This document shows, in pieces, positions 54,947 through 64,000 of a DNA stretch of 64,000 nt. The stretch's first letter is position 1; every line of letters begins with the position of its first letter. Under the pieces are notes generated by a model that worked only from the letters and a program-made list of their open reading frames with translations, was not told the DNA's origin and did not search any database. This DNA comes from Octopus sinensis (Eukaryota): assembly GCF_006345805.1 (NCBI RefSeq), contig NC_043004.1, positions 36,208,001-36,272,000 of the forward strand. The letters are read 5' to 3'. A program made the translations under genes and the position numbers.

Positions 54947-55470
54947 ATTGAGTGAGAGAAAGTGCATGCCATCAAAGTAACACTAGGGTAAATTATATGC
55001 AGCCCTCTACACCCATCATTACTACTAGTTTGATAAGGGTACACCAGGCACATGCATCCTAGCCATATGCATGTGACATGGTGATCTCATATCAAGATAA
55101 ACAGCACATGACCTTGCAGGCGGGGCCCAGTTAGAATTTTCTTCTTGTCGAGTAACCCATCCCGCTCAAAAGGTCCCTGAATAAGGATTGTTTAAGGATG
55201 CTGAACGAACCGCCCATGTTTCCAGAGGTGAATTATCCAAACCTCCAATAATTCATTTCAATACACAGCTATGATGCTCCCCCACTACTTCTACTTGTGG
55301 TCAGAGGTGCACATATTGTCAGCCACTAAGAACATGCTCAACTGGTTAAGGTCAAACAACTGACAAGCAAATCTGTAGTATTGAGCAGAATATTTGCTGT
55401 AGCCCATCTTTTATACCGAGACAAAACAATGTACACGATAACACTTCCAATCAGTTAAGATCAGAAGCCT
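54947..55470 (-). mobile_element. Non-coding interspersed repeat inserted in (TAA)n, probably a non-autonomous partner of R4/Dong LINEs
   Basis: Terminus GAGTGAGAGAGCAGTGCATGCCATCAAAGT.ACACT recurs at about 54402 and 55803, always abutting a trinucleotide tract; orientation inferred from the (AAT)n tail. Confidence 0.6.
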
Positions 55471-55720
55471 ATTATTATTATTATTTTTTTTTTTTTTTCT
55501 TTCAAATTTGCTTCCATTTCTTGCCGAGTGTCTTCCCGACTCCTAGGGCAAAGAAACTCATAGTATACATCGGTAGGCCATTACACCAAACTCAATAGTT
55601 CGTTCATTTTTTTTTTTTTTTTTAAGTTAAATTAAAATACATGAGCAGCAACAATTCTCACATCGACAATGCTCTTCTCAATATATGTGATGTACCAGTT
55701 AAGACGATCTTTTGCACTTC

Positions 55721-55775
<55 letters not shown>

Positions 55776-55913
55776 TATTATTATATTATTATTATTATTA
55801 TTGAGTGAGAGAGCAGTTCATGCCATCAAAGTGACACTGGGGTAAAATATACGAAGCCCGTCTGATAAGGGCACACCAGGCACATGCATCACAACCATAT
55901 GTGCGCGACATGG

Positions 55914-55958
<45 letters not shown>

Positions 55959-55959
55959 G

Positions 55960-56122
55960 ATAGCGGCATTTCGTCCGTTTTTACGCTCTGACTTCAAATT
56001 CCGCTGAGGTCGACCATGCCTTTCATCCTTTCGGATAGGTACCAGTCATACCACTGAAGTTGATATTATCGTATTATTCCCTTCCTCAAAACTTCGGGCC
56101 TTGTGCGTATAGTAGAAAAAAC
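55960..56122 (+). mobile_element. Meta/MESC-core SINE, truncated
   Basis: TTCAAATTCCGCTGAGGTCGACCATGCCTTTCATCCTTTCGG...GGGCCTTGTGCG. Confidence 0.7.
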
Positions 56123-56130
56123 CCCATCAT

Positions 56131-56166
<36 letters not shown>

Positions 56167-56181
56167 TATTATTATTACTAC

Positions 56182-56237
<56 letters not shown>

Positions 56238-56949
56238 CCCGTGAGAGAATTTTTTTTATTTCATAAGTTTTGGGCGGTGCTAGCTAGTCTTACATATAAT
56301 TTTATGTTTTAAAAAATCTTAACCAATTACATTGAAGCTAATGTATGTGTTTGTGTGTATACGCGCACAGATAGACATATATGTATATGTGCATGTATCT
56401 ACACACATACACACACACGTACATACATATAAAATTCAGGAAATGCTTTGTCTGTTGCAGTTTCCTGTTGCTCATGCGCACTCTCGCTTTTACTTCTCCC
56501 TGCATCTCCCGCCCACTCCTTTTACCCCAACTGCCCACTCAGGCATTTCATATTTGATGAGCCAGCAATCACACATGAGCCAACACTTCAAAGCATTTCC
56601 TCACATACTTTGCAGATTTTAATGTTCTCCGTATTCGTCACATTCCACTTCACTATTATTGTTCTACGCTTTCAATACATTATTTCATCTTTTTCATGTA
56701 TTTCCCCACTTTGCATTCACAACCGCTCCTTATGGTTTCGCTCAGTTCTTCGTTGCTATATACACTCACATCTAACGGCTTCTTCAAAGTGATGAGACAT
56801 AATAAACAAAAAGAAGAAAAAAACACTAACATAGATGGCTCACAGTTTATATCTCATTATTATTATTATTATTTTAAAAAGTTGTAGCTTAAATGTTTTT
56901 AATCGTAATAATGAATACTTTGTGTACATTGTACATATATTATATATAT

Positions 56950-56995
<46 letters not shown>

Positions 56996-57057
56996 CCACA
57001 TCTTGACAGGATGTGCTATACACCATAAAATATAAATACAAACATACGTAAGTGCGC

Positions 57058-57090
<33 letters not shown>

Positions 57091-57184
57091 ATATATATAT
57101 GCGTATAGAATATTACAAGGAAAAGTTTGTTAGTGATTCGAAGTTTCGTTTTCTCACCTTTATTGTTTAATATATACATACATA

Positions 57185-57220
<36 letters not shown>

Positions 57221-57230
57221 TAATATATAT

Positions 57231-57267
<37 letters not shown>

Positions 57268-57275
57268 GCATATAT

Positions 57276-57925
57276 GGGTACAGGACGTCACCAACAATGA
57301 TGTGACTCTATACTGTTTTCCCTCCCTATCGTTTTCTCTCTCATCCTTTCTCTAATTCCTTTTCCTCCCCTTCACTGTTTTCTCTCTCTCTCCCCCTTTC
57401 TCCTTTACTCTCTCTCTCTCTCTCTCCCCTTTCTCCTTTACTCTCTCTCTCCCTCTCTCGTTGATCACACGTAACCATCGTCCATCTTTCTTTTCGTCAC
57501 GTGATCATCTTTTCTTTCAGGGCTGTCCTAAAGTCTGGACGTATCCTATCTCTCTCTTCTATCTTTACTCTTGTCAAAGAAAATATTTCTCCAGGTGATC
57601 GCTATTTTTCTCTCTTTCTCGTCTAACGATCCTCCATGTTTGATTTCGTTCGGTTTCCTTGTATGTCTCCACTGTCCTGGTTTGTTCCAAACTTCGACCC
57701 TCCATAAATCCCAAATTTTATTTTGGTACTTATGGGAGCAACTATCTTCGAGGACTCATATTGTCGTTCAATGCAATGTCCGGTAGATAGACAGCCGACA
57801 ACTGATGAAGGGTCGTTCTTTATGTTACTTGTCTTGTTTTCCATTTTTCTCTCTCATTATTTGCGTATTGAACTCATTTGTTTTCGTATTTCAGGTTGTT
57901 TACCGTTGGTGACGTCCTGAAGCTA
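57276..57925 (+). mobile_element. About 650-bp non-coding element with 15-bp terminal inverted repeats inside (TA)n
   Basis: CAGGACGTCACCAAC (57281-57295) and GTTGGTGACGTCCTG (57905-57919); internal HHR-like half core at 57695-57815. Confidence 0.65.
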
Positions 57926-57935
57926 TATATGCATA

Positions 57936-57986
<51 letters not shown>

Positions 57987-58086
57987 ATGTGTGTGTTATA
58001 TATATATATTATATATATATATAACATATATATATATATATAATATATATATAATATATATAATACAACATATATATATATATAAT

Positions 58087-58123
<37 letters not shown>

Positions 58124-58146
58124 ATAAAATATATATATATAATACA

Positions 58147-58181
<35 letters not shown>

Positions 58182-58223
58182 ATATATAATACAATATAAT
58201 ATATATATAATACAACATATATA

Positions 58224-58267
<44 letters not shown>

Positions 58268-58271
58268 TCTC

Positions 58272-58667
58272 TCTTTCACTTGTTTCAGTCATTTGACTGC
58301 GGCCATGCTGGAGCACCGCCTTTAATCGAGCAACTCGACCCCGGGACTTATTCTTTGTAAGCCCAGTACTTATCCTATCGGTCTCTTTTTGCCGAACCGC
58401 TAAGTGACGGGGACGTAAACACACCAGCATCGGTTGTCAAGCGATGCTAGGGGGACAAACACAGACACACAAACACACACATATATATATATATACATAT
58501 ATACGACAGGCTTCTTTCAGTTTCCGTCTACCAAATCCACTCACACGGCATTGGTCGGCCCGTGGCAATAGCAGAAGACACTTGCCCAAGATGCCACGCA
58601 GTGGGACTGAACCCGGAACCATGTGGTTGGTTAGTAAGCTACTTACCACACAGCCACTCCTGCGCCT
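58272..58667 (-). mobile_element. Full-length tRNA-derived CORE-like SINE (octopus OR-type)
   Basis: Minus strand GGCGCAGGAGTGGCTGTGTGGTAAG...GGTTCAGTCCCACTGCGTGGCATCTTGGGCAAGTG...GCAGTCAAATGACTGAAACAAGTGAAA; flanked by (TA)n. Confidence 0.85.
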
Positions 58668-58864
58668 ATATATATATATATAAAATACAAAAATGGGACA
58701 AGTACGGAAAACATCCAGACAGTTGATGCAAAAAAGAGCAACAGAGATGAGAAGGTGGAATTTATCGCAAGGAAGGGTTGGCGGGGAACGAGGAAATACA
58801 AGTTGTACTTTATGTCTTCGACGTCTGATCACTGTCTCTTCCCGTCTGTTTTTTTTTCTACCTA

Positions 58865-59135
58865 GACCATTCCCTCGGCGATGACAAGCCATCACTTTGA
58901 GCGGTCCTTGGCAATTGTCTCCTAGTTATTTAGGCCAATGGAGCAGCGGATGAGAATGGTCTTGAGTTGGTCTCAGAAACGAAATTCGGGAGCTCCGCGC
59001 GGTCTGGTGTCTGAGGCTAACTCTGCAAAGAGGAGTTGACGGGGGTGATGTGTTTGAGGCATACCTATGATGTGGACCGACAGTCTGTGGTAACTATCGC
59101 GGCATCTCGATTCTCAGTATCAATGGAAAGATTAA
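58865..59135 (-). mobile_element. RTE LINE 3' fragment
   Basis: HIIGMPQTHHPRQLLFAELASDTRPRGAPEFRF*DQLK...IAKDRSK is an RTE C-terminus. Confidence 0.8.
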
Positions 59136-59139
59136 TAGT

Positions 59140-59420
59140 TGTTGCTGAGGAACTTGATCCAGAGTCACCGCGCGGTTTCCTCCCAGACATGGTATCATAG
59201 ATATGGTCTTTTACACCCGCCTTCTCCAAGAAAAGATCCGAGAGAAGCCACTGCTTTTCATATTTTGGGACTTAGAAAAGGCTTTCAGCAGCGTACCGAG
59301 ATTTGCAATGTGGTCCATTCTGAAGTATTTCGGTTGTCCCGGCCACTTTACGTACCTCATTCAGCCCCTACGGGTCAAAATGTCTGGTCGAGTCATCACG
59401 AAAAACGCTCTCTCCGGTTC
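59140..59420 (+). mobile_element. RTE LINE RT fragment, inverted relative to the 3' part
   Basis: DMVFYTRLLQEKIREKPLLFIFWDLEKAFSSVPRFAMWSILKYFGCP. Confidence 0.85.
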
Positions 59421-59431
59421 CAAAATTATAC

Positions 59432-59527
59432 ATACGTGGTAAGAAGTTTGTTTCCTAACCACACGGATCCAGGTTCAAATTTATTGCGTGGCACCTTGAG
59501 CAAGCGTCCTTTATTACTACTACATAT

Positions 59528-59586
<59 letters not shown>

Positions 59587-59775
59587 AGTCTTTGTTTGCA
59601 CACCACCAACGTTTGACAGCCAGTGTTGGTGTGTTTGTATCCCCTTAATCTAGCGGTTCGGCGAAAGAGAAATATAGAATAAATATCAGGCTTTAAAACG
59701 TAAGTCCTGGGATCGATTCCTCAAGGTGGTGTCCTAGCGTGGCTGCAGTCTAATGACTGGAACAAGTAAAAGATA
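59432..59775 (+). mobile_element. CORE-like SINE copy with internal (TG)n
   Basis: GTGGTAAGAAGTTTGTTTCCTAACCAC...GGTTCAAAT...GCGTGGCACCTTGAGCAAG...GCAGTCTAATGACTGGAACAAGTAAAA. Confidence 0.7.
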
Positions 59776-60055
59776 ACAGATACGCACCGTGTTTATAATC
59801 TATATCTCTGTATATAGAGGGGGGTATTAACTCCGGATTGGTTTGGTGTGAGAAAAGACGGGACGGTCACGTCTGCAACGGTTCTCTTCATATTTCTGAT
59901 CGATCAAGTCTGACCCGCGGATAAAACTCATTCACTAGATTCAATGTATGCACAGATTCATGTAAGCTCACACACACACATACACTATACTCCTATATAT
60001 AAGCATACACTCATGCACACAAATTTCTTCTGTTATAGCTACTATTATTGACTCA

Positions 60056-60447
60056 TCTCTCTATATTATAAAGCTGAAGTTGTCTGTGTATGGCAGGTTT
60101 GGTAACCTTCAGCTAACCCTATCTCCTCCGAGACCCTGCGGCGCAAGTTGACCAAAATTGAGAGTATGATAGAAAAAGGCTTGCTCTTCATTCCGTAGAA
60201 GATAAAATTCAAATCGGACCATGTTAAGACCAAAAATTATTTACATCAAAAAGGTACTATTTTTCTATGAAAATCCCTATTTTTACGATTTTTTGACTGC
60301 TGTGTCGCCATTTTTCGGTGTATTTCAACCAGAAAAATGTTCACTTAAAGAGAATAACAAGCTACATAATGCAATGTTTTTACTTTTCAAAAATTCCAAT
60401 TCTAAAGGGTCGAAACAAACCCGAGCAACACCGGGCGATACTGCTAG
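60056..60447 (+). mobile_element. Non-autonomous Helitron
   Basis: A|TCTCTCTATATTATAAAG 5' end, subterminal GC hairpin CCCGAGCAACACCGGG, 3' CTAG|T; inserted at an AT site without TSD. Confidence 0.8.
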
Positions 60448-60835
60448 TTATCGATACGTGGATTCCATCTAATTAGTGTCCCATTCTTTTTATCTTAATC
60501 TTACTCTTAATACTAAGACACACATGTTCCATGTACGATGAATTATGAACATCCAGAAATGGATTCACTTTTCTAAAATATAGAGACATGCAGGTTTCCG
60601 TGTTGCTATGTACTCTCATCAGTGTAGCGTTTAAAATAAAGCTTGAATTACAAATTTAAATTGCCATAGCATGTTCGCTTTCTCTTTTGGAATATAAAAT
60701 GCCAGAAAGTTCGATGGCGGCGTTGAATCTTTTGTAGCAGAATTGTTTATTATGAAATTCAACATCAGAAAAAATACAAACTTCCCGTTGAAACTCTACT
60801 CTCTCTATCTTTATCTCTCTGACTCTCGCCTCTCT

Positions 60836-60895
<60 letters not shown>

Positions 60896-61406
60896 GTGTT
60901 GTGTTGTGTGTGTGTGTGTGTGTTGTGTGTGTGTGTGTGTGTGTGTATAAGCATACAGTTATACATGCTTGTATAAACATATACATAGAACACACACGCA
61001 TTTGCATTCACATAGGTTAAAAACTACAGGAAAAAATTGAGAACAATTGATAAGAAAATATTGGCAAGTTTATGAAAATATGCTGTCGGTTACAATTGTT
61101 TAATCCAACTTATTCATGCTAAAAGAGAAAGGAAAATGTATCAAAATAAATTGGGTTTCCTCTGATCCACATGAGGCTAGTCTTCTTGTGGACCAAGTAA
61201 CAACCTCGTCTGAACTTCCAAAATTGATATAATGAAAGATTAATTTTATTTCAACTGTTTTCCTTTCTCTTATTGACGTCTACAATTGAAACTGCTTACG
61301 TATTTTGGTTAGAACTTTTCTCAAGATAAAGGTTTCAAAGCATGTTATCCTTTTGTTTTGTTTTTTATATAAATTTACTCCAGTGAAACCTCTTAAATTT
61401 TAAGCT

Positions 61407-61437
<31 letters not shown>

Positions 61438-61507
61438 CACCTCTCTCTCTCTTTCTCCCTCTCTCTCTCTCATACACATATACATAGATACATACATACA
61501 TACATAC

Positions 61508-61543
<36 letters not shown>

Positions 61544-61605
61544 GTACACGCATATAAATATATATAGTCACATACACAAACATATACCACATACATATAT
61601 ATATG

Positions 61606-61797
61606 AAGAGTAGTTGGGGCGTGGGGGGCCACCGCTAAGGTCCACCTTCGCGCCCCATGATGCGTCCAGGATGCATGGAGGACGGTGGCTGAAAGAGAGC
61701 CCGATGACAGACGCAGGGAGCCGAAGTGTTCCAGTCAGCACCCCCTTCCCCGATTCGATCCCTTGCCGGCTTCGGACGCCGCTCGGGCTTTCTCCTA
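61606..61797. other. GC-rich, highly self-complementary island of unknown origin
   Basis: Stems GGGGCGTG/CGCGCCCC, AAGG/CCTT, ATGCGTCC/GGATGCAT, GAGAGCCCGA/TCGGGCTTTC and the crossing pair GCCACCG/CGGTGGC. Confidence 0.5.
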
Positions 61798-61942
61798 GGA
61801 GTGGGTGTGTGATAAGTAACTTGCTAACCAGCCACATGTTTCCGTGGCACCTTAGGAGAGTATCTTCTACTATAGCCTCGGACCGACCAAAACCTTGTGA
61901 GTGGATTTGGTAGACGGAAACTGAAAAAAAGCCCATCGTTTA
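61797..61942 (+). mobile_element. CORE-like SINE 5' half
   Basis: AGGAGTGGGTGTGTGATAAGTAACTTGCT...CCTTGTGAGTGGATTTGGTAGACGGAAACTGAAA. Confidence 0.75.
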
Positions 61943-61948
61943 TGTATG

Positions 61949-62006
<58 letters not shown>

Positions 62007-62223
62007 AATCAATTTAGGGTAGCAAAAAATTCAGTAAAAATTTATCGCTACCAGCGGCCTAATGAAAAGAGAAAATAGTCAAAGACTAAATATGTATAAA
62101 TATAACAATTTAGGAATGGCCTAGACAGGCCATTCGTCCACTAGAAAGAGCAGCCATAACTCCAACCGCCAAGTAGTGTAATTCGGAAATAAGGTGAAAA
62201 TTTAAAAAATTTACCCTAATTCA

Positions 62224-62324
62224 TCTTTTATACGATGCATCGTTTCAGTGTCTTTAATGATAGACCAGCTTAATTAAATTAAATTAAGCTAGTCTACCAT
62301 AGGTCACACTTCATCAGTAAAAGA
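62224..62324 (-). ncRNA. Intact type I hammerhead ribozyme
   Basis: TCTTTTA-CTGATGA-AGTGT[long hairpin]ACACT-GAAA-CGATGCATCG-TA-TAAAAGA: all core nucleotides and all three stems present; GUA cleavage site. Confidence 0.9.
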
Positions 62325-63085
62325 AACCTGGGAGAGACGGATATATACGAGGCGACTGTATCAATGCCTCGGGAATATCTGTCTTAAAATTTTCAAGACC
62401 AACGCATTCGCGCCAAACTTATCGGCAGCAAATATAAACTGCCGATTCAATCTCAGAATTAGTCAGAAAATATCAATTAATCAATTTAAGGGTAGCAAAA
62501 AATTCAGTAAAAATTTATCGCTACCAGCGGCCTAATGGAAAAGAGAAAATAGTCAAAGACAAATATTATAAATATAACAATTTAGGAATGGCCTAGACAG
62601 GCCATTCGTCCACTAGAAAGAGCAGCCATAACTCCAACCGCCAAGTAGTGTAATTCGGAAATAAGGTGAAAATTTAAAAAATTAAAAACATTTACCCTAA
62701 TTCAGGGTAAATGAATTAGGGTAAATGTTTTTAAATTTTCACCTTATTTCCGAATTACACTACTTGGCGGTTGGAGTTATGGCTGCTCTTTCTAGTGGAC
62801 GAATGGCCTGTCTAGGCCATTCCTAAATTGTTATATTTATACATATTTAGTCTTTGACTATTTTCTCTTTTCCATTAGGCCGCTGGTAGCGATAAATTTT
62901 TACTGAATTTTTTGCTACCCTAAATTGATTAATTGATAATTTTCTGACTAATTCTGAGATTGAATCGGCAGTTTATATTTGCTGCCGATAAGTTTGGCGC
63001 GAATGCGTTGGTCTTGAAAATTTTAAGACAGATATTCCCGAGGCATTGATACAGTCGCCTCGTACATATCCGTCTCTCCCAGGTT

Positions 63086-63187
63086 TCTTTTACTGATGAA
63101 GTGTGACCTATGGTAGACTAGCTTAATTTAATTTAATTAAGCTGGTCTATCATTAAAGACACTGAAAACGATGCATCGTATAAAAGA
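63086..63187 (+). ncRNA. Type I hammerhead ribozyme, second copy (one extra A in the GAAA run)
   Basis: Same fold as 62224-62324; predicted cleavage after 63180; GAAAA may be a real insertion or a homopolymer error. Confidence 0.8.
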
Positions 63188-63318
63188 TGAATTAGGGTAA
63201 ATGTTTTTAAATTTTCACCTTATTTCCGAATTACACTACTTGGCGGTTGGAGTTATGGCTGCTCTTTCTAGTGGACGAATGGCCTGTCTAGGCCATTCCT
63301 AAATTGTTATATATATAT

Positions 63319-63367
<49 letters not shown>

Positions 63368-64000
63368 GTGTGTGTGTTGTTGTTTGTTTGTGTGTCTGTT
63401 TGCCAAAATTCGAAACCAATATTACTGTATACTGTTACTGTTATATATATATATATATATATATCTATATATATATATATGTTACATGAGAAAATGCGAG
63501 CAAGAGAAATAATATTCTTATGATTATAAACCTATAAAAGCACAGGACAAGTTATTACACTTGGAAAAGTTCAGGATAAGTTATTACATCTGGTAAAGTA
63601 CAGAATAAGAACATTTTTACTGGACATATTGCAGATAAGGATAAAATCTGAATATTAAAAATTATGTGATTTTAATTTTCAAGGTAACATTATAATTAAA
63701 AGAAGTACCATCATTTTGTTAAAATATTGACAAACTAGAATAGTTGAAAAACGAGAGCCAGAAGTACCAGTATAACTAAAGTTCTATGCAAAGTAGAATA
63801 GTATATATATTCATTATATAAAAATATAATTATTGGGTCAAGAGTAGAAATGTGAAGATTTGGCAATTACTTTACTGTGAATTTGTTGTTATAGGTAGAT
63901 TTTACTGTAATATATTAATAATTTTTGTATTATTCTATTTATTGTACTAACTAATTATGTAACTACTATTATTTTTTATAACTTATTTTCAAATTTCTAA

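Larger units (their letters stand above)
62005..63311. mobile_element. Retrozyme-like / PLE-pLTR-like element: ~475-bp HHR-containing unit in tandem and head-to-head palindrome
   Basis: Unit repeats at 62005 and 62477 (left arm) and at 62711 and 63187 (right arm); 62100-62704 is the reverse complement of 62711-63311; no ORF of 60 aa or more; (TA)n on both sides. Confidence 0.85.

Noticed and set aside
60579-60627. Minus-strand CTGATGA...GAAACCTGCATGTC motif
   Set aside because: All three stems contain mismatches; too decayed to call.
62150-62200. TAACTCC... segment considered as a twister ribozyme in the opposite polarity of the 475-nt unit
   Set aside because: It lacks the twister P4/L4 motif and the pseudoknot partners.
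63543-63612. Degenerate ~29-bp tandem repeat
   Set aside because: Only two to three decayed copies; an ordinary minisatellite.

Overview
This is an AT-rich, microsatellite-dense eukaryotic intergenic or intronic region. Its repeat landscape looks like a coleoid cephalopod, probably Octopus (inference from recalled repeat families, not checked). I found no intact protein-coding gene; almost all listed ORFs are microsatellite read-throughs or decayed transposon frames, and there is only one weak host-exon candidate (7393-7525). The window is a graveyard of mobile elements: R4/Dong-type RLE LINEs, CR1-like and RTE LINE fragments, ORF1-bearing LINE 5' ends, a mariner, a 1.2-kb deleted Mag/Gypsy LTR element, a non-autonomous Helitron, three SINE families and Penelope-like element (PLE) ends. 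The most striking signal is a dense set of self-cleaving-ribozyme motifs read by eye: about a dozen hammerhead (HHR) motifs from several unrelated sequence families, mostly embedded in (TA)n, plus a degenerate HDV-like fold. The best case is a young, non-coding, highly structured ~475-nt HHR-bearing unit at 62005-63311. It is arranged as tandem copies and a ~1.2-kb head-to-head palindrome whose inversion point lies 6-7 nt from the predicted cleavage site, as expected for a retrozyme or circular-RNA-type element. All folds were paired manually and need computational and biochemical confirmation.
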